Below, in pieces: positions 1 to 11,269 of a stretch of DNA of 64,000 bases. The DNA lies in NCBI RefSeq assembly GCF_963921235.1, contig NC_086098.1, forward strand, positions 8,742,001-8,806,000. The letters run 5' to 3'. This DNA is from Mobula hypostoma. Taxonomy: Eukaryota. The notes beneath the pieces are model-generated. The model saw only the letters and a program-made list of their open reading frames with translations, searched no databases and was not told the DNA's origin. Made by a program: the position numbers and the translations under genes. Each line of letters starts with the position of its first letter. Position 1 is the stretch's first letter.

Positions 1-140
1 GATTAGCCAGGGCATCAAAGGGTATGGGGAGAAGGCAGGGGAGTGGGGATGACTGGAATAATTGGATCAGCCCATGATTGAATGGCAGAGAAGACTCAGT
101 GGGCCGAATGGCCTACTTCTCCTATATCTTATGGTCTTAA
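1..140 (+). mobile_element. 3' end of a CR1-like LINE
   Basis: GGGCATCAAAGGGTATGGGGAGAAGGCAGG...GGGCCGAATGGCCTACTTCT...TCTTATGGTCTTA, the same 3' UTR architecture as other CR1 copies in the window. Confidence 0.75.
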
Positions 141-469
141 GGTTCTCCCCATGACCATGTGGATTTCCTCTGGGTGCTCTGGCTTCTTCCCACATTCCAA
201 AGATGTGAGGGTTATTGTTGGTAACTTGTGGGCATGCTACGTTGGTGCTAGAAGTATGGCAGCACTTCCAGACTACAGACTCTGTTGGTCATTAATGTAA
301 ACAATGCACTTCACTGTATGTTTTGATATTTCAATGTACATCTCACAAATAATTTATGACGCTAATGTGCCAAAAGCTTTCTTTACAACCTTACCCTCCT
401 GTACCACCACTTTCAATGAATAAAGGACCTATATTTCCAGATCCCTTTGTTCTACCACACTCCTCAGGA

Positions 470-1360
470 GATGGGAGGTTGGAAGTTGTATAAGGTGTTG
501 GTGAGGCCTCGATAGGAGTCATGTGTGCAGTTTTGGTCACCTACCTACAGGAAAGATGTAAATAAAGTTGAAAGAGCACAGAGAAAATTTACAAGGATAC
601 TGCGGGGCCTGGAGGACCTGAGTTTATAGGAAAGGTTGAATAGGTTAGAACTTTGTTCCTTGAAATATCGAAGGTTGAGAGGAGATTTAATAGAGCTATG
701 GAGAATTCTGAGGGGTATAGATAGGGTAAATGCAAGCAGGCTTTTTCCATTGAGGTTGGGTGGGACTACATCCAGGGGTCATGGATTAAAGGTCCCACTA
801 TTCAGGACATTTACAAAGACAGGTGTGTAAAAAGGGCCCAAAGGATCATTGGGGACCCAAGTCACCCCAACCACAAACTGTTCCAGCTGCTACCATCTGG
901 GAAATGGTACCGCAGCATAAAAGCCAGGACCAACAGGCTCCGGGACAGCTTCTTCCACCAGGCCATCACTTTGCTTAACTCATGCTGACACAACTGTATT
1001 TCTTTGTTATATTGACTATCCTGTTGTACGTATTATTTATTATAAATTATTAATTGCGCATTATACACTTAGACGCAGATGTAACATGAAGACTTTTACT
1101 TCTCATGTATATGAAGGATGTAAATAATAAAGTCAGTTCAATTTAAGGGGAATGTGAGGGGAAGCTTCTTCATTCAGAGGGTTATGAGAGTGTGGAATGA
1201 GCTGCCAGCACAGGCTCAATTTGAGTGTCACACGGATGGCAGGCTCATGGAGTGCTGTGGTCCGGGTGCAGGTCGATTGGACTAGGCAGTTTGGTTCGGC
1301 ACGGACTAGATGGCCAAAGGGCCTGTTTCTGTGCTGAACTTTTCTATGACTATGACTGTA
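470..1360 (+). mobile_element. Decayed CR1 LINE 3' fragment interrupted by a Rex/Babar 3' fragment (~793-1142)
   Basis: CR1 C-terminal motif RRLRGDLIE (ORF 636-830). The insert encodes the Rex-type HKLFQLLPSGKWYRSIKARTNRLRDSFFHQAI, and CR1 resumes at ~1143. Confidence 0.75.
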
Positions 1361-2320
1361 AGTGTAGATAAGTACATGGATGAGAGAGGTTTGGAAGGCA
1401 ATGGTCCACGTGCAGTTAGATGGGATTAGGTGGAAGACCAGGCTGGCACAGTCTGTGTGGGCTGTGCTGTAGTGCTGTATGACTCTAAGATTCCAAATTA
1501 GATGAAAACTGAAATTTTAATACTTCATAACATATCCCTTTATATAGGTGTGATGGTAACTTGAATGTCAGTACTATTTCAGGAACTTTTTTTCTAGTCT
1601 GTTATATCTGTCACTATAGCAACTGTTTGCTGTTGAGTATTTATTTAAAATTCAAAATCATCATTTCCCTGGTAGTAATGAAGATCTTATACAATATTGC
1701 CCTCTGACACTGGATATTGAAGAAGATTCTTAATGACATTCTTGTTCTGACTCTTAGGATATGAACACTTTTAAGAATAAGCAGGTTTTCTCAGTGAAAA
1801 TTGAATGTTTTTCCCAAAATCAAGAATTACTTATTTTCTGAAGGAAGGAAAGAGTAAATATCAAAGCTGCTTATATAATTGTTGACTCAAGAGATGACAG
1901 GACTATAATGTCAGATAGCTTTGTTCTCTTTCTTCCCTCAAAATATCAATTCATATTAGTAGGAAAGAGAGAATTGAAGGTCTTCTCAGTCTCTCAATAC
2001 TCATGAACTTACTAGTAGTGACTCATAGTGTATCACAGCAGGTAATTCTTCCTTCAAAAATGAGGAGCTCTTTGTGGTGGAGGGTTGGCAGTTGCAAAGC
2101 AAAAAAAAGTTGTCTTTATGTTTTCAAAGTAATAATTTATCTACAAAGTTTACACAGTTAAAAGTATTGGAATAAGTTTAGTTGATGTGACTTTCTATTA
2201 TCTGAAAGTTCAAAGTCAATTTATTATCTAAATATGTATATGTCACCATGTACCACTTTGAGATTCAATTTCTTGTAGGCGCTTACAGGAAAATAAATGC
2301 TATAGAATTTATGAAAAATT

Positions 2321-5300
2321 ATCTTCGGTTGCCAATCGAAATACGATGACGACGTCCACTCCTTTAACGGTGAGATCTTTGATGACTCTACAGTCCTATC
2401 CTGGACCCACAAGCTCTATTGCAGGTGGGACATGGATATGTAGTAGTGGTGGCAACCATGGCTGCATTTCTCCTGACTCTCTTCTGCTGTCTTCTGGTTG
2501 TTCTTTCCATCTCCAGAATACGAACCCCGTCCCTACACAGCTGTCGCCAAGTGGTACAGTCAGCAGCAACCTTCCCCAGGTCCGCGGGTCTGATCTTGCA
2601 CTCCCTTCAAGCATTCTTCATCTAATCCTTATAGCACTTCTTCGGCCCTCCAGCTGAGCGTCGACCGTGATGTAGCTGGCCGTATAACACTCTGCGGGGT
2701 AGCCGACATGGAGGCATCCTTATCACGTGCCCCAGCCACTGCAGTTGACACTGGGTGATCATGGTGTCAATACTTCTGCAGTTGGTCTTTACAAGTATTT
2801 CAGTGTGAGGCACCCACTCACGCCAGGTAATTCCCAGGATGTGCTGGAGGCAGCTTATGTGGAAGCGCTCCAAGGACTTGATGTGACGGCTGTAGGTTAC
2901 GCAAGCTTCACAGCTATAAAGGAGGGTGGTGACACAGACCGCTTGGTATACAGCGAGCTTTGTGGAGGGACGAAGGCTCCTGTTCTGAAAGACTCTACGC
3001 CAAAGTCTCCCAAAGACAGCTGATGCCTGTTTAATGCGGCTCTGGACGTCGTTGTCAATGCCGCTATCCTCAGAGAGAATGCTCCCCAGATATTTGAAAG
3101 ATGGCACTACTGACGGCTTTTCATCACAACAGTGAAGGCAGGTAGAGTGGGTGGGACACTGGTACTCCACTGGCAAACCACTTCTGTCTTGGTGGTATTG
3201 ACAGTCAGCCCCATCCTGCTGTACGCCTCACCGCCACAGCAAGGACAGTCTGAAGATCCTCTGGAGTATGGGTCACAAGAGCACAGTCGTCTGCATACTG
3301 CAGCTCCAGGGCCCACTCTCTACGGAGTTTGGTGGTTGTGTGGAGCCTTCTGATGTCAAAGAGGTTGCCATCTAATCTGATGTCCACTGCCACACCGCTG
3401 CTGTCTTCAAAATGGTTGTGGAGAAGCTTGGTAACACACAAGAGGAAGATGTTAAAGAGCACTGGCGCTAGTACACACCCCTGCCTCACCCCTGTGCGTA
3501 CAAGGAAGGGCTCGGACTCTTGTCCCCCTATGATCACCTGAGCAGTCATCTCATCGTGGAACTGGCGGAGGATGTTAACAAATTTATTGGGACAGCCAAA
3601 CCTGAGGAGGACATCCCATAAGAGCTCTCTTTGCACAGTGTTGAAATCTTTGGAGAGGTCGGCAAAGGCCATAAACAAGTCCCGATGTTGCTCCTGGCAC
3701 TTTTTCTGAAGCTGTCGGGCTGTGAAGATCATGTCGATCGTGCTCCTGTTCTTCCTAAATCCACACTGCGATTCAGGCAGCATTGACTCGGTGATGTTGC
3801 TGATGAGTCTCTGAAGCATCACCTTAGCCAGGACCTTTCCAGCAACAGAAAGCAGTGATATGCCCCTACTATTACCGCAGATGGCCTTGTCACCATTGTT
3901 TTTATAAATGACAATGATGTTTGCATTTCTCCATTGCTGTGGGATTTTCTCATCAGTCTAGGCCTTGGTGATGTACTGGTAGAGGGTGCGCATACACATG
4001 TACCCTCCGTTCTTCAGTGACTCAGCAGGGATATTGTCAGTGCCAGGGGACTTGTTGTTCTTAAGGGAATGGACAGCTGATAGAACCTCCTGGAAGGTTG
4101 GTGGTAGACTGAGGTCGTGAATAGGAGGAAGCTCAGGCAGTTCGTCAAGGGTGGTGGGGTCTGCGTCAGAGTCCTGATTAAGCAGGGTGTTAAAGTGCTC
4201 AGCCCACCTCAGCAGCATGGTATTCTGATTCTTCAGAAGTGTTAGACCATCTGCTGTTTTCAGGGGAATAACGCATCGATTTATTGGACTGTAGATGGTT
4301 TTGACAGCATTGTAAAAATTATGCATGTCATTATTATCGGCAAAAGACTGGATTTCATGTGCCTTTTCAGTCCACCACTCATTTTGTACGGCCCGTATTT
4401 CCTTTTGCATTTTCCTCCGAGCTGCCTGCCAATGCTGCCTGATGCTGGTGGATGAAGGGTTGTCTAAAGTTGCCCGGTGTGCTTTGTGCACGTCCTTAAG
4501 CAAGTTGTGGATGGTGTCTGAGTTATTGTCAAACCAGTCTTGGTGGTTCCTGCTCTTATGGCCGATGGATTGGGCTGCTGCCTCATGGAGTGCAAAGCTG
4601 ATACAGGTCCACTGTTGTTCCATTGTGTTTTCCGAGCTCAGACAAGGTTCCAGCTCCCTTAGTATCTCAGCTAGGATGCGTCGAAACTCACTTCTTACTT
4701 CTGTGTTTCTCAGGCAGTTGCAATTTAGCCGCTTTTTATTGGGTTTTTGCAGCCGCAAGGGGGGACGCACTTTCATATGGAGCTTGGCCACAATCATACG
4801 GTGGTCAGTCCAGCACCCAGCACCTCGCATGGCACGGGTGATAAGAATATCCTTGATGTCACTACGTCTCACAATGATGAAATCGATCATGTGCCAATGT
4901 TTAGAGCGAGGGTGCATTCACAAGGTTTTATATTTTGCCTTCTGCTTGAAGATGGTGTTGGTTATGGTAAGGTTATGCTCAGAGCAAAGAGTAAGTAGCC
5001 TCATGCCATTTTCATTCTCCTTGCCAATACCATGCCTACCTAGCACTCCACTCCATATCCTGTTGTTCTGTCCCACCCTAGCGTTGAAGTCCCCAAGCAA
5101 AAGGATCTTATCATTTTTAGGGATCCGGCAAAGAGCTTCATCCGACGTCTTATAAAAGCATTCCTTGGCCTCATTCTCAGATGGCAGAGTTGGTGCATAG
5201 GCACTGTGGCATAACGTTTCTTTGCTGGGGGATACGGAGGGTCATTCGTCTTTCACTAATACCAACAGGTGTTTCTGGTAAGACTTGGCAGAAAGGTGTT

Positions 5301-5895
5301 CTTGATGGGCAGTCCTACTCCGTGGAGATGTTAACAACAGGAATTCTGCAGATGCTGGAAATTCAAGCAACACACATCAAAGTTGCTGGTGAACGCAGCA
5401 GGCCAAGCAGCATCTATAGGAAGAGGCGCAGTCGACGTTTCAAGCCGAGATCTCGGCCTGAAACTTCGACTGCGCCTCTTCCTATAGATGCTGCTTGCTT
5501 GGCCTGCTGCGTTCACCAGCAACTTTGATGTGTGTTCCGTGGAGATGTTGTCCATCTGGGGGGAAACCTTTCCAGCAGAAGGTGTAACCCATCCTCTGTT
5601 AAAGAGCCTTCATCCAGGAGCCTGGTCTCACTCAGGGCAGCAATGTTGATGTTGTAGCACCTCAGCTCAGCAGCGATCAAGGCTATTCTTCGGTGAGGTC
5701 TGTCAGAGATGCCATACGAGTCCAGGAGAGTCCTTACATTCCATGTTGCCATTTTAGGTTGCATTGTTTCTTATTTCGACCGCAGTAGTGGAATAACCCG
5801 ATAGGCCCAGTAACCTATCCAGGTGAGTGATTGAATGGGCAATTTCTAGGCCACCTTTTCTAGGCCCTTCCCCAACTGGGGTGAGCAGTGTGGAT
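2321..5895 (-). mobile_element. RTE-clade (BovB/RTE-1-like) LINE, near full length, frameshifted
   Basis: Minus-strand ORF pieces: AP endonuclease (ATWNVRTL, LGDFNARVG, HWHMIDFII, TDHR), RT (PESQCGFR, GVRQGCVLAP, LQYADD) and C-terminus (FKYLGS, LQWLGHVIRM, VLYGQL). Confidence 0.92.
5333..5535. mobile_element. Short hairpin Penelope-derived insertion inside the RTE, 14-bp TSD
   Basis: Flanked by TCCGTGGAGATGTT (5319-5332 and 5536-5549). Internal inverted repeat centred on GAGATCTC. Sequence matches the terminal region of the Penelope copies at 6641 and 30312. Confidence 0.88.
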
Positions 5896-5899
5896 AGGA

Positions 5900-6160
5900 G
5901 GCGGCGTGTTGGCGCGTGACCAAGTGGTTAAGGCGTTGGTCCTTGAGCAAGGCATTTAACCACACATTGCTCTGCAACGACACCGGTGCCAAGCTGTATC
6001 GGCCCTGGTGCCCTTCCCTTGGACAACATCGGTGGTGTGGAGAGGGGAGACTTTCAGCATGGGCAACTGCCGGCCTTCCATACAACCTTGCCCAGGTCTG
6101 CGCCCTGGAAACCTTCCAAGGCACAAATCCATGGTCTTACGAGACTAACGCATGCCTATA
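5900..6160 (+). mobile_element. tRNA-derived SINE with internal deletion and RTE-like tail
   Basis: A-box-like GACCAAGTGGTTAAGGCG, CORE-like CCTTGAGCAAGGCATTTAACC, 3' AATCCATGGTC...GACTAACG tail. No B box seen. Confidence 0.55.
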
Positions 6161-6164
6161 TAAA

Positions 6165-7859
6165 TATGCTTTGGAGGAAAACACTGCACACCAATATCAA
6201 AACCGCATCCGTACTATGAAGCATGGTGAAAGGAGCATCATGGTTTGGGGCTGCTTTGCTGCCTCAGGGCCTGGACAGCTCGCAATCATTGAGTGAACAA
6301 TGAATTCAAAATTGTGTCAAGACATTTTACAGGAAAATGTCAGGGTAGTGATCCGACACCTGAAGCTTAATAGAAGTTGGATGATGCAACAAAACAATGA
6401 TCCAAAGCACAAGAGTAGATCAACAACAGAATGGTTTTTTAAAAAAATGAAAATTCATGTTTTGGAATGACCAAGTCAGAGTCCAGACCTTAACCCAATT
6501 GAGATGCTGTGGCATGACCTGAAGAGGGCTGTTTGTGCAAGATATCCCAGAAATATTGATGAACTGAAGCAGTTTTGTATGGAGGAATGGTCTTAAATTC
6601 CTCCTTGCCATTGTGTAGATCTGATCAGCAGCTACAGGAACCACACATAAAAGTTGCTGGTGAACGCAGCAGGCCAGGCAGCATCTGTAGGAAGAGGTGC
6701 AGTCGACGTTTCAGGCCGAGACCCTTGGTCAGGACTAACTGAAGGAAGAGTGAGTAAGGGATTTGAAAGTTGGAGCGGGAGGGGGAGATCCAAAATGATA
6801 GGAGAAGACAGGAGGGGGAGGGATGGAGCCAAGAGCTGGACAGGTGATAGGCAAAAAGGATACGAGAGGATCATGGGATAGGAGGTCCAGGAAGAAAGAC
6901 AAGGCGGGGTGGGGACCCAGAGGTTGGGCAAGGGGCATATTCATGGGGACAGAGGGAGAAAAAGGAGAGTGAGAGAAAGAATGTGTGTATAAAAATAAGT
7001 AACAGATGGGGTACGAGGGGGAGGTGGGGCATTAGTGGAAGTTAGAGAAGTCGATGTTCATGCCATCAGGTTGGAGGCTACCCAGACGGAATATAAGATG
7101 TTGTTCCTCCAACCTGAGTGTGGCTTCGTCTTTACAGTAGGGGAGGCTGTGGATAGACACGTCAGAATGGGAATGGGATGTGGAATTAAAATGTGTGGCC
7201 ACTGGGAGATCCTGATTTCTCTGGCGGACAGAGCGTAGGTGTTCAGCAAAGCGGTCTCCCAGTCTGCGTCGGGTCTCGCCAATATATAAAAGGCCACATC
7301 GGGAGCACCGGACGCAGTATATCACCCCAGCCGACTCACAGGTGAAGTGCTGCCTCACCTGGAAGGACTGTTTGGGGCCCTGAATGGTGGTAAGGGAGGA
7401 AGTTTAAGGGCATGTGTAGCACTTGTTCCGCTTACACGGATAAGTGCCAGGAGGGAGATCAGTGGGGAGGGATGGGGGGGACGAATGGACAAGGGAGTTG
7501 CGTAGGGAGCGATCCCTGCAGAATGCAGCGGGCGGGGGGGAGGGAAAGATGTGCTTAGTGGTGGGATCCCGTTGGAGGTGGCTACAGGAAACGTTTGGTG
7601 GAGATATTTACTGCTAAAGGAGGTTCTGTCAGTTGTTAAATACAAGGGGATCACATACCCTTTCTAGCCTGGACTGTGAATGATTAAGCAGTGTGTTCAA
7701 TAAAGACATGAAAAGTGCAATTGTTCGTGTATTATTAGTGTAGGCAGATTGTGTTTGTCTATTATTGTGACTGAGATGAACATTAGGCTACTTCTCATGA
7801 GTAATTAATGCAGAAAACCAGGTAATTGCAAATGGTTTACAAACTTTTTCTTGCATCTG
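6165..7859 (+). mobile_element. Tc1/mariner transposon 3' half (DD34E transposase pseudogene), split by a Penelope insertion
   Basis: KHGERSIMVWGCFAASG, QQNNDPKH and [15 protein letters not shown] motifs. Coding resumes at 7591 after the TSD. Tc1-like terminal sequence ...CAAACTTTTTCTTGCATCTG near 7859. Confidence 0.88.
6641..7580 (-). mobile_element. Penelope-like element, 5'-truncated, GIY-YIG endonuclease, 10-bp TSD
   Basis: ORF 7032-7358 VIYCVRCSRCGLLYIGETRRRLGDRFAEH...HFN...PDGMN (GIY-YIG). TSD GCTACAGGAA at 6631-6640 and 7581-7590. Confidence 0.93.
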
Positions 7860-7861
7860 TG

Positions 7862-8400
7862 CGACCCTAAAATCAATTTTCTTGCAGGCATACTCAATTT
7901 TTAATAGAATAATGACTATAATAAAATCAGTGAAAGACTGCAACAACTTGGTGTTCAACTGTTGTGCAGTAGGCAGCAAACTGTGAAGATAGAAAAAGAA
8001 AGAAAGAATAATAATAAATATCAAGAACATGAGATGAAGAGTCCTTGAAAGTGAGTCCATTGGTTCTGGGATTATTTCGATGATGGGGCAAGTGACATTG
8101 AGTGAAGTTATTTCTTTTCATACAAGGGCCTGGTGATTGAGGGGTAGTAAACAGTTCCTGAACCTTGTAGTGTGAGTCCTGAGGCTCCTGTACCACCTTT
8201 ATGAAGCCAGCAGCAAGGAGAGAACATGTCCTGGGTGGTGAGTGTCCCTGATGATGGATGCTGCTTTCCAGTGACAGTGTTCCGTGTAGATATGCTCAAT
8301 AGTGGGGTGGACTGGACCATACCACTACTTTTTTGTGGGGTTTTTCGTTCAAGCTCATTGGTATTTCCATACCAGGCTGAGATACAGCCACTAATATGTT
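7862..8400 (-). mobile_element. Decayed Rex/Babar LINE 3' fragment
   Basis: Reverse complement reads as the Rex-type C-terminus (KAASIIRD..HPGH...YRSLRTHTTRFRN) plus 3' UTR. Confidence 0.6.
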
Positions 8401-8422
8401 AATGTTTGTTAATGTTTTTTGA

Positions 8423-8674
<252 letters not shown>

Positions 8675-9114
8675 TAACATGTTGAATAGAGGAGTTTCCA
8701 GTAACAAATGTTCAAATACAATTAATACGGTCAGCCTACAAGGACCGTTACTTTGGAACAGGGTTAGCCTATGTTCTATGCTCACCTGAGAGTGAAGTAT
8801 GAATCCACAATTCTAAAGATGTGATAACCTAAATTAGAACATAAGTTATATGAGCAGAATTAGGCCATTTGGCCTATCAAGTCTGCTACGCTGTTTCATC
8901 ATGGCTGATCCATTTTCCCTCTCTGCCCTAATCTCCTGCCTTTTCCCTGTATCCTTTCATGCCCTGACCAATCAGAAATCTATCAACTTCCACCCTAAAT
9001 ACTCCTGGTTAGGCTGCCTGTGGCAATGAAACTTGAGCAATACACACAAAATGCAGGAGAAATTCAGCAGGCCAGGCAGCATCTATGGAGGGGAATTAAA
9101 CAGAGGGCATTTAG

Positions 9115-9480
9115 TCATAGTCACAGTCATACTTTATTGATGCTGGGGGAAATTGGTTTTCGTTACAGTTGCACCATAAATAACTAAATAGTAAGATGTA
9201 AATTATGCCTATTGGCTCAGGGTGTCTGACCCTCCAAGGGAGGAGTTGTAAAGTTTGATGGCCACAGGCAGGAATGACTTCCTATGACGCTCAGTGCTGC
9301 ATCTCGGTGGAATGAGTCTCTGGCTGAATGTACTCCTGTGCCCACCCAGTCCATTATGTAGTGGATAGGAGACATTGTCCAAGATGGCATGCAACTTGGA
9401 CAGCATCCTCTTTTCAGACACCACCGTCAGAGAGTCCAGTTCCATTCCCACATCACTGGCCTTAGGAATGAGTTTGTTGA
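9115..9480 (-). mobile_element. Rex/Babar LINE 3' end with (TGACTA)n tail
   Basis: ORF 9209-9451 ELDSLTVVSEKRMLSKLHAILDN..HPLH...STFSQRL...RKSFLPVAIKLYN. Same family as 56480-56980 and 60300-62170. Confidence 0.8.
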
Positions 9481-9606
9481 TATTTCAGGCCAAGACCTGA
9501 AATATCTGGAACTATTTCCACCAATGCATTTGCATATGGTCACTTTCTGAGCATGTTCACCCTCGCCCTCTGCTTCACCAATCATATCAAGCCTGAAAAA
9601 CATTGT

Positions 9607-9736
9607 AAACGAGAGATTCTGCAGAAGCTGGAAACTTTGAACAAAGCACGGGAAATGTTGGAGGAGCTCAGCAGGTCAGGCGTCTATGGAGAGGAATAAG
9701 CAGTTGAAGTTTCGGCCAAGACCCGTCAGCAGGACT
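9607..9736. mobile_element. Penelope terminal-repeat fragment abutting the exon 9 acceptor
   Basis: AAACGAGAGATTCTGCAGAAGCTGGAAA...CTCAGCAGGTCAGGC...GACCCGTCAGCAGGACT resembles the other Penelope termini. Confidence 0.7.
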
Positions 9737-9759
9737 CACTTTGCTCTACTTTTGTTCAG

Positions 9760-9841
9760 TATTTCCCAGGAGCTGATGAACCTCTTCAATACCTGTGTCA
9801 CTACTCCGATGTGAGCCAGAGCAACTCAGCTACAAGCACAG
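9760..9841 (+). CDS. MAP3K7: MAP3K7 coding exon (exon 9 equivalent)
   Basis: tttgttcag|TAT TTC CCA GGA... = [28 protein letters not shown]|gtatgc. 82 nt, phase 0 to 1, matches TAK1 [11 protein letters not shown]. Confidence 0.96.
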
Positions 9842-9849
9842 GTATGCAA

Positions 9850-10030
9850 TGGTGGTTTTCTCCCCATGACCGTATGGGTTTCCTCCCAGACTCCAAAGAC
9901 ATGCCAGTTAATAGGTAAATTGGTTATTGTAAATTGTCCGGTGATCCGGCTAGGGTAAAATTCAGGGGTTGACGGGCAGTACAGTTCGAAGGACTGTGAG
10001 GGCTAATACATACTGTATCGCAATAAATAA
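9850..10030 (+). mobile_element. V-SINE/HE1-like SINE remnant
   Basis: TTCTCCCCATGACC..GGGTTTCCTCCCAGACTCCAAAGACATGCC V-domain-like core, ending in AATAAATAAAA. Confidence 0.6.
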
Positions 10031-10504
10031 AAATAAGTAAGTTAGTTTTCTGAAGAGGAAACAGAGGTTTCTTTAATTGACATTCAAACTGCTTACAAAA
10101 AACAAAAAAGAATTAAGGGGACAATGCTACATTGAGGGAGTGTTGGATTTAACAGAAACACACAGCTGTGCAATTATACACTATAGTTAGACTGCAACAC
10201 ATTGGAGCAGAATTAGGCCTTTAGGCCTCTTGCATCTACTCTGCCATTCAATCCTATCCCTCTCAACCCCCACCTTCTGCCTTCTCCCCATAACTTTTAA
10301 TTTTTAGATTGCATTAATTGAAAGCACCATTGAAGCTTCAGTTGATGAGCAATTTGGAAACTACATTTATGCATGTCATATTTAAATTAATTTTTTGTTA
10401 TTCTTCCTTGATAAGCATGATAATAAATGGCTTTAATGATTACTTTGTGGTCACATCAAAACCCTCCTTAGAAGCTACAGATAAATTACGTTATCTACTT
10501 TTAG

Positions 10505-10644
10505 GATCTTTTTTGGAAATTACCTCCACAAATACCAGTAACAAAAGTGATGCCAATGCAGAACCTAGTGACTTGCACGCAAATACTACCAACGATACAA
10601 TCAAGCGTTTAGAATCAAAGCTTAAACTCACACCCAAACAATCG
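10505..10644 (+). CDS. MAP3K7: MAP3K7 coding exon (exon 10 equivalent)
   Basis: ctacttttag|GA TCT TTT... = GSFLEITSTNTSNKSDANAEPSDLHANTTNDTIKRLESKLKLTPKQS|gtaagt. 140 nt, phase 1 to 0. Confidence 0.95.
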
Positions 10645-11269
10645 GTAAGTCAATTATCGGATGCATTTTATTTTAGATTTATTTTCCTTTAATTTCCCCC
10701 TCTACTGTTGCTACACTATTTCCTTTCACTGGTTCTGAGGAGGGCAAGTTAGACACTTGATGTTGTGAATTAGAACAGTTCTGTTATGTCTTCAGTCACT
10801 GTCAGATAGAGCAGTCATAGGTTAAGTGGAGTTTTAGCAACACAAGTGGAGAGGGCATTAAAAGGGCATACTTGCCTTCATTGGTAAGGGCATTCAGTAA
10901 AAACAAAGTTAAGAGATGATTTTGAAATGAAAACGTTAGTTAAGCCATATTTGGAGTATCATAAACACAAAAGATTCTCCAGGTGCTAGAAATCCAGAGC
11001 AACACACACAAAATGCAGGAGAAACTCAGCAGGTCAGGCAGCATGGAACTGAAAAACAGTCAATGTTTTGAGCTGGGACCCTTCATTATGACTGGCAGGG
11101 GAGGGAGAAGAATTCAGAATAAAAAGGTGGGGAGAAGGGTAAGGAATTCAAGCTGTCAGGCAGTAGGTGAAGCTTCCCTTTCACCTGGTCTCATCCCTTG
11201 CTGATATGATGGGAACTAACCCACCCAAAATTTCACCATAGTTCTTTAAGCCAAGAACTTTAGTATGGA

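Noticed and set aside
1660..1700. GGTAGTAAT resembling the start of TAK1 exon 7 (GSNYSEKCD)
   Set aside because: No AG acceptor, and the translation does not continue as TAK1. Exon 7 is upstream of the window.
4325..5155. 276-aa + strand ORF
   Set aside because: Antisense shadow of the RTE ORF with no recognisable domain.
5910..5960. tRNA-like A box as a tRNA gene
   Set aside because: No B box or cloverleaf. It is a SINE head.
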